40,000 nucleotides of DNA, from contig CAXXOG010000008.1 of assembly GCA_963666435.2 (NCBI GenBank), positions 51,286 to 91,285 on the forward strand, written 5' to 3'. The position numbers and the translations under genes were made by a program. This DNA comes from Prolixibacteraceae bacterium. Lineage in GTDB: Bacteria > Bacteroidota > Bacteroidia > Bacteroidales > Prolixibacteraceae. Positions within the stretch are counted from its first letter, which is position 1; the number at the start of each line of letters is the position of its first letter. This document shows positions 1 through 10,700 of the stretch, one piece after another. The notes beneath the pieces are model-generated. The model saw only the letters and a program-made list of their open reading frames with translations. It was not told where the DNA came from and did no database searches.

Positions 1-268
1 CTACGCGGGCTCCCGCGCGAACCAATTTGGGCAAATACGTATCGAGCGCATGATGCGGAAAGCCAGCTAACTCAACAAAGCTAGCCGAACCATTGGCCCG
101 CCTGGTTAGCGTAATTCCCAATATTCCTGAAGCCCGGATGGCATCTTCGCCAAACGTTTCATAAAAGTCGCCAACCCTGAACAACAAAACGGCATCGGGG
201 TGCTTCGCTTTGACGGCATAATATTGCTTCATCAAAGGCGTTTCAACATATTTTGCAGAAGTACTCAA
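1..268 (-). CDS. mutS: DNA mismatch repair protein MutS, N-terminal end only (gene continues past window start)
   Basis: The minus-strand translation reads (MSTSAKYV)[81 protein letters not shown], which is canonical MutS domain I. The start is TTG at 268 or ATG at 232. It is absent from the ORF track because it runs off the window. Confidence 0.9.
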   Translation of the reverse strand, partial: MSTSAKYVETPLMKQYYAVKAKHPDAVLLFRVGDFYETFGEDAIRASGILGITLTRRANGSASFVELAGFPHHALDTYLPKLVRAGARV

Positions 269-469
269 TGATCAGATTTTTTGTTTGATGCACAAAGATA
301 CATTTTAAAGATTTCAATAAAACACACCTTCCTGACAATACGGAACGATTTAGTCCCGGTTTCGCGCGTAAAAAAAGGATTAAAAAACCATTACAATCTC
401 TCAGAAAAATAGAATATCTTGTCACCGCAAAATCAAAAACTTGTGGTAACTCACTCTTAACCCGAAGAA

Positions 470-1624
470 ATGGTGCAAACATCTATTCGAAACGGAAAGC
501 TGCTTTCAGTAAAAGAAGTAAAAACAAAAACCGATCTTCGGAAATTCATTCATTTACCTGCCGAAATTCATAAAAACCATACCAACTGGGTTCCTCCCAT
601 TTATATGGACGACTGGGAGTTCTTCAATCCGAAGAAAAACAAATCGTTCGATTCGTGTGACACCATCCTGCTTTTGGCCTGGGAAAACAATAGGGTTGTT
701 GGCCGGATTATGGGAATTATTCACCACACCTACAATGCGAAACACAACGAAAACAACGCTCGCTTTGCCTTCTTCGAAACCTGGAATGACCAGGAGGTGG
801 CTGATGCTTTGATAAGCGCCATCGAAAACTGGGCTAAGGAGAAAGGAGCGGAACGCTTAATTGGTCCTCTCGCCTTCTCGGACAAAGATCCGCAAGGGTT
901 CCTGATTGAAGGATTCGACGAACCTGCCGTTATTGCCTCAAACTGCAATTTTCCGTACCAGAGCGAATTGGTTGCAAATTGTGGATACTCGAAAGAAGCT
1001 GACCTGATTGTTTACCAGATTAAAGTGCCGAATGAAATTCCTGAATTTTATCTGAAAATATATGAGCGGGCAGTCAATCAGAATAAAGAACTGAAGGTTT
1101 TGGAATTTACCTCCCGCCGGAAAGTAAAACCCTATATTCATCGGGTATTGAATTTGCTCAACCGCACGTTTACCGACATTTTGGGATTCACCCCGTTTAC
1201 CGAAGCCGAAATGGACGATTTTGCCAACCGCTATTTGTTCCTGATTAATCCGCGCTTCATCAAAATTGTGGTGAATGAAAATGACCAGGTGGTTGCATTT
1301 ATTGTTGGCATGTCGCACATTGGCGAAGGCATTCAGAAATCGAAAGGCTACCTTTTACCGTTCGGAATCTTCCAAATTTTTGCTTCGGCCCGAAAATCGA
1401 AACAGCTCAACCTGTTGCTTGGCGGCATCGACCCAGCCTACCGAAGCAAAGGATTGGACGTGATGATGGGTGTAAAAATGATTGCATCAGCATACGATCA
1501 GGGGAAAACAGTGATCGATTCGCACCTCGAACTGGAAACCAACACCAAAGTGCGCGCCGAAATGGAGAAAATGGGAGGTAAGGTGTACAAACGGTTCCGA
1601 ATTTTGGGGAAATATTTGAATTAG
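470..1624 (+). CDS. conserved hypothetical protein, GNAT-acetyltransferase-like (family assignment from memory, not verified)
   Basis: 384-aa ORF with an ATG start and only short antisense ORFs inside it. It resembles Bacteroidota proteins usually annotated as GNAT family. Confidence 0.6.
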   Translation: MVQTSIRNGKLLSVKEVKTKTDLRKFIHLPAEIHKNHTNWVPPIYMDDWEFFNPKKNKSFDSCDTILLLAWENNRVVGRIMGIIHHTYNAKHNENNARFAFFETWNDQEVADALISAIENWAKEKGAERLIGPLAFSDKDPQGFLIEGFDEPAVIASNCNFPYQSELVANCGYSKEADLIVYQIKVPNEIPEFYLKIYERAVNQNKELKVLEFTSRRKVKPYIHRVLNLLNRTFTDILGFTPFTEAEMDDFANRYLFLINPRFIKIVVNENDQVVAFIVGMSHIGEGIQKSKGYLLPFGIFQIFASARKSKQLNLLLGGIDPAYRSKGLDVMMGVKMIASAYDQGKTVIDSHLELETNTKVRAEMEKMGGKVYKRFRILGKYLN

Positions 1625-1779
1625 TGTTCAGTTACCAGTCGCAGTATTCAGAACAATTCAATTGCTAATCCGAAATAATCAGCAGAAAGAAGAGTGCGCG
1701 TTCTTCAACTCCAAAGTTTAGGCACTTCATTTTTTAATTGCTAATTTTGTTCCTTTATTCCGAAACAGAAAAAAGAAAC

Positions 1780-3630
1780 GTGGCAGATATTATTCAATTA
1801 TTACCCGATTCGGTTGCAAATCAAATAGCCGCAGGCGAAGTTATTCAACGTCCTGCATCAGTAGTTAAAGAGCTGGTTGAGAATGCTATTGATGCCGGAG
1901 CGACCCAGGTTACGGTAAACATTAAAGATGCCGGGCGCACACTTATCCAGATTATCGACAATGGCTGCGGAATGTCGGACACCGATGCGCGCATGTCGTT
2001 CGAGCGCCATGCCACTTCCAAAATCCGTTCGGCCAACGATATTTTTGCCATTCGCACCATGGGTTTTCGCGGCGAAGCACTGGCTTCGATTGCCGCCATT
2101 GCGGATGTTGAACTTCGCACCCGCGAGCACGACAAAGACCTGGGAACATTCATCCACATTTCAGGATCAAGCATTATTACCCAGGAGCCGGTTAGTTGCG
2201 ACAAGGGCACAAATTTCCAGATTAAAAACCTGTTTTTCAACGTGCCTGCCCGTCGTAAATTTCTGAAATCGAACCCGGCAGAGTTGAAGCACATCATCAA
2301 CGAAATACAGCGTATTGCGTTGGCCAATCCTGAAATTGCCATTGTACTTCACCACAACGGTTCGGTTATATATGACTTGAACAGCGCCAACAAGCGGGTT
2401 CGCATTGTTTCGATGTTTGGGAAAAGTATCAACCAAAACCTCATCCCCATTGACACCGAAACTACGCTGGTGAAAATTTCAGGATTTATTGGTCAACCCA
2501 AATATTCGCGAAAAACATTCGGAGAGCAATTCTTTTTCGTGAACAAACGGTTTATGAAACATCCGTTTTTTCACAAAGCCATTATGCAGGCTTACGAGAA
2601 AATTTTGCCTCCCGACTCCATTCCATCGTATTTTATTTATTTCGACCTGAATCCAGGTGATATCGATGTAAATATCCATCCAACGAAAACAGAAATTAAG
2701 TTTGAAAACGAATCGGCTATCTGGCAAATTTTGCAAGCCTCGGTTCGCGAATCATTGGGGAAATTCAACGTGGTTCCTTCCATCGACTTCGATCAGGCTG
2801 GAAGCATTGATATTCCAATGCCTTTACACCATTTCGACGAGGTAAATATCCCTGAAATAAAAGTCGATCCAACGTATAATCCCTTTGAGACAAAGCCGCC
2901 AACCAGGAACTACTCTGGTTCAGGAAATACGTTTCAGGAAAAGTCTTTTGAAAAACCTAATGTAACCAACTGGCAATCGTTGTATAAAGGACTTGACAAC
3001 AATGCTGAAGTTCGTACAGAACCACCGGCAGATGAGCCATTTCAAACAAAAATAGAAGAACAGCAATCGACACGAAGCTCCATTCAGTTTAAAAACAAAT
3101 ACATTTTGACGCCGGTAAAATCGGGACTGATGGTGATTGACCAAAAACGCGCACACGAGCGCATTTTGTACGAACGGCTTTTGCATGTTTTGGAAAACCA
3201 TGAAGTGGCCAGCCAGCAACAGCTTTTCCCCGAAACTTTTGAGCTAAATGCCTCGGACGCTACCTTGCTTACCAGTATCTTGCCCGACCTGAAGGCGCTG
3301 GGATTCGACATTCGCGAATTTGGGGGCAATACATTCATCATCAACGGGACTCCGGGCGTACTCAATACATCGAGCCCGGTTGAAATTATCGAAAGCTTGC
3401 TCGAAGAATATAAAAACTCGGCAGTTAACCTTCAGGAGAAAGCCCGCGAAACCGTAGCAGTCTCGTTGGCGCAGGCATCAGCAATTGCTTATGGCCAGGC
3501 ATTAAAATCGGGAGAAATCAATGAGCTGATCGACAATTTGTTTGCCTGCCAAACGCCCAACTTTTCGCCCAAAGGGAAAAAAGTGCTTGCAATTATGCCA
3601 TTGGACGATTTCGAGAAAATATTGAAGTGA
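1780..3630 (+). CDS. mutL: DNA mismatch repair protein MutL
   Basis: The N-terminus (V)ADIIQLLPDSVANQIAAGEVIQRPASVVKELVENAIDAGAT is the GHKL ATPase motif of MutL. The ORF is open from TTG 1738, but the in-frame GTG at 1780 gives the usual MutL N-terminus. Confidence 0.95.
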   Translation: MADIIQLLPDSVANQIAAGEVIQRPASVVKELVENAIDAGATQVTVNIKDAGRTLIQIIDNGCGMSDTDARMSFERHATSKIRSANDIFAIRTMGFRGEALASIAAIADVELRTREHDKDLGTFIHISGSSIITQEPVSCDKGTNFQIKNLFFNVPARRKFLKSNPAELKHIINEIQRIALANPEIAIVLHHNGSVIYDLNSANKRVRIVSMFGKSINQNLIPIDTETTLVKISGFIGQPKYSRKTFGEQFFFVNKRFMKHPFFHKAIMQAYEKILPPDSIPSYFIYFDLNPGDIDVNIHPTKTEIKFENESAIWQILQASVRESLGKFNVVPSIDFDQAGSIDIPMPLHHFDEVNIPEIKVDPTYNPFETKPPTRNYSGSGNTFQEKSFEKPNVTNWQSLYKGLDNNAEVRTEPPADEPFQTKIEEQQSTRSSIQFKNKYILTPVKSGLMVIDQKRAHERILYERLLHVLENHEVASQQQLFPETFELNASDATLLTSILPDLKALGFDIREFGGNTFIINGTPGVLNTSSPVEIIESLLEEYKNSAVNLQEKARETVAVSLAQASAIAYGQALKSGEINELIDNLFACQTPNFSPKGKKVLAIMPLDDFEKILK

Positions 3631-3769
3631 CAATTTGACCGAATAGAAGCACAAATCAGGAAAATGATTACTTTGGCCGAAAAAGCTCCAGGTTTCGGCT
3701 CCCCGGTTTTGGGTTGGTGCGATTCTTGAAGTTGGAGCCAAAAGTTAACAGAAACAAAAACAGAATAAT

Positions 3770-4510
3770 ATGCAAAATTTCAGACCAAGCATACAAGCCA
3801 TTCCGCCGGTAGTAAAAAATCTTATAATAATCAATGTATTGATGTTGCTTGTTACTTCAATACTCGAATTTCGGGGAATTGACCTCGCACGAACTTTAGG
3901 ATTACATTACATCCAATCGCCCGAATTCAGACCCTATCAATTAGTTACGCACATGTTTATGCACGGCGGCTGGATGCACCTCATCTTTAACATGTTTGCG
4001 CTTTGGATGTTTGGCCGTGTTTTGGAAACTGTTTGGGGACCGAAGCGGTTTTTCATTTATTATTTTGTTACCGGACTGGGCGCGGCTGCTCTTCATTCGT
4101 TTGTCAACTACATGGAATTTCATTACATGGCAAGTAAAATGGCTCCCGAAGTTGTCAAAATGGTTATGTCTCAGGGTCCTGAAATTTTTGCACAAGGTCA
4201 GAATTTCTCAGATCCGGCAGCAGGCAAACTAAATCTGCTTTTAAATATACCAACAGTTGGGGCATCGGGGGCTGTATTTGGCATTTTGCTTGGCTTCGGG
4301 ATGTTGTTCCCCAATACCGAATTAATGCTTTTGTTTCCGCCAATACCAATCAAGGCCAAATATTTCGTGATTGGCTATGGCGCCATCGAATTGTTGAGTG
4401 GAATTACCAATCCGGGCGACAATGTTGCCCATTTTGCGCACCTTGGCGGTATGTTGTTTGGGTTCTTTCTGATTAAATACTGGAACAAAGGCACAAGGAA
4501 CTTTTATTAG
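3770..4510 (+). CDS. rhomboid family intramembrane serine protease
   Basis: Multi-TM protein with the GASGAVFG catalytic Ser motif and a downstream HFAHLGG catalytic His motif. Confidence 0.85.
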   Translation: MQNFRPSIQAIPPVVKNLIIINVLMLLVTSILEFRGIDLARTLGLHYIQSPEFRPYQLVTHMFMHGGWMHLIFNMFALWMFGRVLETVWGPKRFFIYYFVTGLGAAALHSFVNYMEFHYMASKMAPEVVKMVMSQGPEIFAQGQNFSDPAAGKLNLLLNIPTVGASGAVFGILLGFGMLFPNTELMLLFPPIPIKAKYFVIGYGAIELLSGITNPGDNVAHFAHLGGMLFGFFLIKYWNKGTRNFY

Positions 4511-4650
4511 GAAAGCCTCCCCAAGCCCCTCCCAAGGAGGGGTGAAAGAAAAGGTATGGCAAATAATTAAACCAATATTAGAGAGCAAGTCAACTAAATA
4601 AAAATAAACTTAGCCTCTCCCTTTCGGAGAGAGGTTGGATAGGGACTTTT
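4511..4650. repeat. two GC-rich hairpin elements (REP-like), same family as 34067-34408
   Basis: CCCCTCC-caa-GGAGGGG and CCTCTCC-ctttc-GGAGAGG, followed by TTGG/GGG tails, sit in the spacer between the two rhomboid genes. Confidence 0.7.
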
Positions 4651-4654
4651 ACAA

Positions 4655-5518
4655 ATGACCATCTGGGACGAAATAAAAGAATCATTTAAAGAAGGATCGG
4701 CGCTAACGCGGCTGATTTACATCAACCTAGGCATTTTTCTGATAACCCGGATTCTGAATGTCTTCTATTTTCTTTCGGAGCGCCCCTTTACACTTTTAGA
4801 CTGGTTTGCTTTGCCTTCAAATTTCGAATCGTTGGGTGAACGCCCCTGGACTTTGCTTACCTACATGTTCCTGCATTTCGATTTTCTGCATATACTTTTC
4901 AACCTGCTTTGGTTATTCTGGATGGGGCAAATTTTCCTGACTTATTTCGATCAGAGGAGACTGGTAATAATCTATATTCTGGGTGGAATTGTTGGTGGAC
5001 TGGTTTATGTTGCCGGATTCAATTACTTTCCTGTTTTTGAGGAAGTTGTTGCCGACTCGAAACTTCTGGGAGCTTCGGCTTCGATTATTGCAATAGTAAT
5101 GGTTCTGGCTATTTTTGCACCCAATCACACGCTTAACCTTATGTTCCTGGGTGAGGTAAAAATGAAATTTATCGCACTGATTTCGATACTACTTTACATT
5201 ATCGGAATATCATCGACCAATGCCGGGGGAAACCTGGCGCATTTGGGTGGCGCATTGGCCGGTGTTTTGTACGCGCTGCAACTTAAAAAGAATAATCCGG
5301 CCAATAGCAGCAAAACTTCTTCGGGATTTGCTTCTTTTTTTTCGCCGAAACCTCATGTAAAAGTCAGCTACAAAAAACCGGCAAGCGAAATAGAATACAA
5401 CAGGCAACAGAACCAGGAAAAGGAGCATATGAATCAGATTCTTGAAAAAATAAGCAAATCGGGCTACGATTCGCTGACAAAAGAAGAAAAAGAGTTTCTT
5501 TTCCGAATGGGAAAATAA
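4655..5518 (+). CDS. rhomboid family protein (second paralogue, with hydrophilic C-terminal extension)
   Basis: Multi-TM protein with the GASASIIA Ser motif and the AHLGGALAG His motif. Confidence 0.8.
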   Translation: MTIWDEIKESFKEGSALTRLIYINLGIFLITRILNVFYFLSERPFTLLDWFALPSNFESLGERPWTLLTYMFLHFDFLHILFNLLWLFWMGQIFLTYFDQRRLVIIYILGGIVGGLVYVAGFNYFPVFEEVVADSKLLGASASIIAIVMVLAIFAPNHTLNLMFLGEVKMKFIALISILLYIIGISSTNAGGNLAHLGGALAGVLYALQLKKNNPANSSKTSSGFASFFSPKPHVKVSYKKPASEIEYNRQQNQEKEHMNQILEKISKSGYDSLTKEEKEFLFRMGK

Positions 5519-5538
5519 GCTATTGATGGTCAACCCTT

Positions 5539-6468
5539 TCAATTCTTCTTCGCTGAGCGTTTTACGGCTTCGTTAATGCTGGCATTTAATTCGAAACCAA
5601 CAAGCAGAATCATCGACAGAATATACATCAAAAGCATGATTACCAACAGGGTACCAATCGATCCGTATAGCTTATTATACTGCCCGAAGCGATTAATATA
5701 GTAGCTAAAACCCAAAAATGTTGCTACACTTAATATGGTAGAAACAGTGCCACCTGCCGAGATAAACCGCCATTTTGTTCGTTTGGCCGGAGCCAGCCAA
5801 TAAAGAAAAGAATTTGCTATAAAAAACAGGAGCAAAATAACAATCCATTTGGCTGCCGAAAGAAGTACAAATATAAGATGATCTTTAAGATAGCCGTGAA
5901 CAACAAAAAAATTGATAACCTGCTGTCCATAGGTAATTAAAGCAATAGCAACTGCAAGTAGAAGCGACTGAATAACCAGGAGTAAAAGGGCCACAATTCG
6001 TTGTCCCAACCATGTTCGACGTTCGAAACTATGCAACGAAGCATCGAAAGCGCTCATCATCGAAGCAAAACCGTTGGTCGAAAATATCAGCGCCATAAAA
6101 AAACCGAGCGACAGCAAATCGCCGCGCTGCCGGGTTAAAATATCCTTAACCGTATCTTCAATCGCCTTAAAAGCATTCTCAGGAACGATATCTTTTATCA
6201 GGAGAAATAATTCGCTTTGAAAATTATCAATTGGAATGTAAGGGATTAAGGTGAACAGAAATATAATTGCCGGGAAAATGGCTACAAAGAAACTAAAAGC
6301 GATAGCCGAAGCACGGGTCGATAAAGCCCCATCGACTATGCTGCGCCAGAAAAAAACCATCACATCATAGACTGCCATACCATCGAGACCAGGGAAAGTA
6401 ACCCGTTTGGCTTTGGAAATTACACTTTCCCAAATAGAAGTTAATTTCTGAAGGAGTTTATCAGGCAT
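5539..6468 (-). CDS. YihY/virulence factor BrkB family membrane protein
   Basis: 309-aa polytopic protein. The N-terminal region ...STRASAIAFSFFVAIFPAIIFLFTLIPYIP is typical of the YihY family. Confidence 0.8.
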   Translation of the reverse strand: MPDKLLQKLTSIWESVISKAKRVTFPGLDGMAVYDVMVFFWRSIVDGALSTRASAIAFSFFVAIFPAIIFLFTLIPYIPIDNFQSELFLLIKDIVPENAFKAIEDTVKDILTRQRGDLLSLGFFMALIFSTNGFASMMSAFDASLHSFERRTWLGQRIVALLLLVIQSLLLAVAIALITYGQQVINFFVVHGYLKDHLIFVLLSAAKWIVILLLFFIANSFLYWLAPAKRTKWRFISAGGTVSTILSVATFLGFSYYINRFGQYNKLYGSIGTLLVIMLLMYILSMILLVGFELNASINEAVKRSAKKN

Positions 6469-6863
6469 TAGCCTTGTTTTTCAATACGTAACTGGTGAAT
6501 GTAGGAATTATTATTTTTATTCTTCAGCAAAAAATAAACCCTGTAAGTACCTGAAGCCGTGGTTAGGCTACCAATTGCATAACGGGCATCGTCTTTCCCT
6601 CCCTGGTGAATAATACTAAACTGCCGGGGTTTATTCGACTTAAAAAACTCGGCAACAATTTGTTGCGCCTGCGATTTGCTATATACATCGTCATGAGTGC
6701 CCACAACCAACTCAACGTTATCATTAAAGAAAGCAGCCAAAGTTGCATCGTTACCAGTCTGAAAACTTACAACAATATCGTCGGGTACCTGAGCAAACGA
6801 AACGCCCACAAAAGCCATAAAGACAAAAACAAGAGAAACGAACCTCAATTTAAACTTTTCCAT
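6468..6863 (-). CDS. DUF4783 domain-containing secreted protein
   Basis: Signal peptide MEKFKLRFVSLVFVFMAFVGVSFAQ, followed by a pattern recalled from DUF4783 (..FFNDNVELVV....VYSKSQAQQI..FF......F.IIHQG...). The ORF is open to 6914, but the ATG at 6863 fits the signal peptide. Confidence 0.7.
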   Translation of the reverse strand: MEKFKLRFVSLVFVFMAFVGVSFAQVPDDIVVSFQTGNDATLAAFFNDNVELVVGTHDDVYSKSQAQQIVAEFFKSNKPRQFSIIHQGGKDDARYAIGSLTTASGTYRVYFLLKNKNNNSYIHQLRIEKQG

Positions 6864-7263
6864 CCGTAATAAATTGTTTAGTTTTCGGATAAAATTCGCA
6901 TAATAAAATTTCATCCTGATTTGTGATTAACGAATTATGCTCGTTTTCTGTAATAATTTCTGATTAAATAGGTTCAGCATTAATCATCACCAAAAACCGT
7001 GCAATTTTTTATTTAAACAAATACCTTTGTAAAGTTAGCAAAATTCGGTAACCAGAAAAATATTACAACATTGGCTGGCAAAGTCGGTCAAAACAAACGG
7101 GAGCCGGGCCATTTAGAGAAAAACGATGAAACGAATATACTACAGCGGCAAACTGAAGGGTGGCGGCACAAAAGAACATGGAAATATGGAGGAACCAGTT
7201 TCCATTTCACAACATTGAATTTCACAAATAAACAATTAATATTCAACAAATTACTATTTACTC

Positions 7264-7737
7264 ATGAAAATCTGCCTTCTGGTAATCGGGAAAACTGATG
7301 AAACTTATCTTCAACATGGGATGGAACTTTTTCTAAAACGGATTCCGCATTACATTCCATTCGAACTTAAAGTAATTCCAGATGTCAGGAATTCAAAAAA
7401 TCTGAGCGAAGACCAGCAAAGAGAGAAAGAAGGAGAGCTTATTTTACAACACATTTCAACTTCGGATGAACTTTTTTTGCTCGATGAGAAAGGTTTCGAG
7501 TTTTCGTCGGTTGAATTTGCACGCTTTTTGGAGAAAAAAATGATTGCCGGAAATAAACGCTTATTTTTCGTTATTGGCGGCCCTTATGGTTTCTCGGGAA
7601 GTGTTTATTCGAAGGCAAGCGGGAAAGTCAGCCTTTCGAAAATGACATTTTCTCATCAAATGGTCAGGCTTATTTTCCTGGAACAACTTTACCGGGCTAT
7701 GACAATTTTGAAAGGTGAACCCTATCATCACCAATAA
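7264..7737 (+). CDS. rlmH: 23S rRNA (pseudouridine1915-N3)-methyltransferase RlmH
   Basis: 157 aa with an SPOUT-fold signature: MKICLLVIGKT..., LDEKG...S..FA, FVIGGPYGFS, LSKMTFSHQMVRLIFLEQLYRA. Confidence 0.9.
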   Translation: MKICLLVIGKTDETYLQHGMELFLKRIPHYIPFELKVIPDVRNSKNLSEDQQREKEGELILQHISTSDELFLLDEKGFEFSSVEFARFLEKKMIAGNKRLFFVIGGPYGFSGSVYSKASGKVSLSKMTFSHQMVRLIFLEQLYRAMTILKGEPYHHQ

Positions 7738-7754
7738 TTTGCAGACGAACGAAC

Positions 7755-10700
7755 ATGGATAAAATAAAAAAAAATATCTTACTGCTACTCACCTTCCTGC
7801 TGATTTCGATAGGCGCCACACGTGAAAACAAAATGCTTAACAACCATCCTGAGCTTATCGTAATTCATAAATTCCAGGAAAAGCTTCTCTACCAGGAAAC
7901 AAAACTCACCGATTATTTAACCAAAGCCGAAGTAAAAATTACCGAAAGCCTGAAACCCGAAAACTACTCGTCCACGTTCTCGGAACTAAACAAATTGTTC
8001 GAAGATGAAGGTTTTGGGTTCCTCATTTATAAAAAAGAAAATAAGAAAGAGAAAATGATATACTGGTCAGACAACCAGTTTGCTTTTCCCAATATACTTA
8101 ATAAAGTTTCGGTTGACAGTAAATTACTCAACCTGCCTAACGGAATTTTTGTTGCAAAAACCAGGATCATTGGCAGTTACCGAATTGTTGGGTTAATTCA
8201 CATAAAAAACAATTTCTCATACGAGAATCAATACCTCGAAAATACCTTCGTTCCTCCATTTACATTACCGCCTGGATATAAAATCAGCATTGCCCGAAAT
8301 TCGAACGCTGTTGAAATTCACGACAAAAAGAGCCAATATTTATTTACCATTTTACCATCAACCGAAGAAGCCTACAACGAGTGGGAGTTATACATTCCGG
8401 CGATTTTTTACCTGGTTTCTTTCATCTTTCTTCTGATCTACCTCTTTCAGAAAACCGAAAAATATAAAGGTAAATATTTCATAGCTAAAATATTATCACT
8501 TGGAGGCATTTTGGTTTTTCTATACCTCCTGCACATCCATTATAAATTCCCGGTAATATTAAACCATATTGGTTTGTTCGGGCCCAAATATTACGCTTTT
8601 TCGAGTTGGATGCCTTCACTGGGCGATTTCTTCCTGGTTAGCGCGTTATTTTTTTACTGGAGCTTGGTATTTGCCCGCGAATTCGACTCCAGTCAATTGC
8701 TCCGGCAAAACTTTGTAGTTCCTGCCTATTCGCTGGTTGCCATACTTTACCAGTCTGTCGGGTTTATGATCAACAACTTAATCCGCAACAGCAACATCAA
8801 TTACAAGCTCAACAAAATTACTGATATTGACCAATATAGCATAAGCTGCTACCTTGTAACTGCAATGTTGTTGTTTTCGATATTTCTTATTCATCTGAAA
8901 ATTATACAACGAACCGAATACCTAAACAGGAAGAGCTATTTCCTCAACCTCAACATTATACTAATTATAGCTTCGTTTGCTCTTTGCGTTGTTTTACCAT
9001 CTGGCGGGTCGTATATGTTTGTTCTCTTCTTTGGAGTAAATATACTTCAAAGCATGGTCAGGAAAATGAACATCAGCCAGTTCTCGCTTTCGTATTCTAT
9101 CCTTTTTATATCGCTTTTTTCCATCATTTCGCTCATTGTTGTTTACAATACGGTAAAAGAACGCGACCTGGAATTCCAAAAATTAAGGGCGACAACATTA
9201 AGTACTGAACAAGACCCGGTTGCCGAAGTTTTGCTGGCCCGAATGCAATCGAAATTTGATGCCGACACCATTATAACAACCTTGCTGGCTCCTCCTTACG
9301 ATAAACTGGAAAACTACCTGACACGCTCCTACTTCAGCGGGTACTTCAGAAAATATGATATCAGGTATTGGTTTTGTAATCCAAAAGACAGCATTGTAAA
9401 CGACGATGAAAATAAGATGGAATCCTGCTACCCGTTTTTCGATAAAATGATTGAGCATTCAGGAAATAAGATACTGAACAGTAACTTTAATTTTATGAAT
9501 AACTTCAATGGCAGAATATCATATCTTGGAAAATTGCCGTTTCTGTCGGCTCTGAACAAAAAAGAAACCTCTGTTTTCATTGAAATTAATTCGAAAACGA
9601 TTTCGGATGGGATCGGATTTCCCGAACTCCTGATGGACAGATCGTTTATCAAGCCATTCAGGTACAAATACTTATCCTATGCAAAATATTACGACGACGA
9701 ACTGGTTTCGCAAACCGGAGATTACCCCTACAATTTATACCTTAGTTCGTATAACCTGAAAGCGAAAGAGAATGAATTCCACCGGACAAGCTGGGACGGC
9801 TACGACCATTTAATTTATAACATTGACGGCAAGAACCAAATTGTTGTTAGTAACCGCTCGCTCAAACTCCGGGATTACATTATTTCGTTCCCCTACATAT
9901 TTGTGTTCTATTTCATGTTTGTGCTGCTTGTTATTTTAATTCGAAATTCGGGATTACGTAACTCGCCAATGGCCAACGACCTGCGGTTCCGAATCCAGGG
10001 ATCAATCATTTCGGTACTGTTGATTTCGCACCTCTTTGTCGCAACCGGGACCATTTACTACAATATCCTCGAATATCGCTCCCGCCACCAAACCGACCTC
10101 CAGGAAAAAATAAAATCAATTTCGGAGGAAATAAAAAGCCGGTTGTACAATGTAAACTCCATTACTCCCGAATTGCAGCAATGGCTGTACATGGAATTAA
10201 ATAAATTATCGAATATTTTCAGAACCGACATTAACATTTACGACACTTCGGGTGAACTAATTGCAACATCGAGACCCGAAATTTTCGACAAAGGAATTAC
10301 TTCAAGCCGCATTAATTCAGATGCTTACCTCGAATTGTCGGAACGGTTCCGCTTGAAATACTTCCAGCCTGAAAAGATTGGCACGCTTTCGTACCTTTCG
10401 GCCTACGAACCTATCGTAAACAATAACAGCGAATACCTGGGCTACATCAACCTTCCGTATTTTACCCGGGAAGACGACCTGAAACAGGGCATTTCCACAT
10501 TCGTCGTGGCATTTATCAATCTTTACCTCATTTTATTCCTGGCCAGTGTGATTATTGCCGTATTCCTGTCGAACAAAATTACACAACCGCTAAGCTTAAT
10601 TCGCGAAAAACTCAGGGGGATTCAGTTAGGAAAAAAGAACGAACACATTAATTATCAGGCCGAAGACGAGATTGGAGCATTGGTGCGCGAATACAACCAC

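Noticed and set aside
243-482. Track ORF 243-482 (minus)
   Set aside because: It lies in the mutS/GNAT-like intergenic region in a different frame from mutS, and its translation is low-complexity. It most likely covers promoter or leader sequence.
1845-3741. Multiple antisense or off-frame ORFs inside mutL
   Set aside because: They are fully contained within the strongly supported mutL reading frame.
7022-7263. Possible sRNA or structured leader upstream of rlmH (TAccTTTG -7-like box at 7022-7029; hairpin ATGGAAA...TTTCCAT at 7178-7205; track ORF 7071-7298)
   Set aside because: It rests on a single promoter-like octamer and a weak hairpin without a T-run. I recognise no match to a known RNA family, and the 75-aa ORF has no coding features. 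The evidence is insufficient to call a feature.
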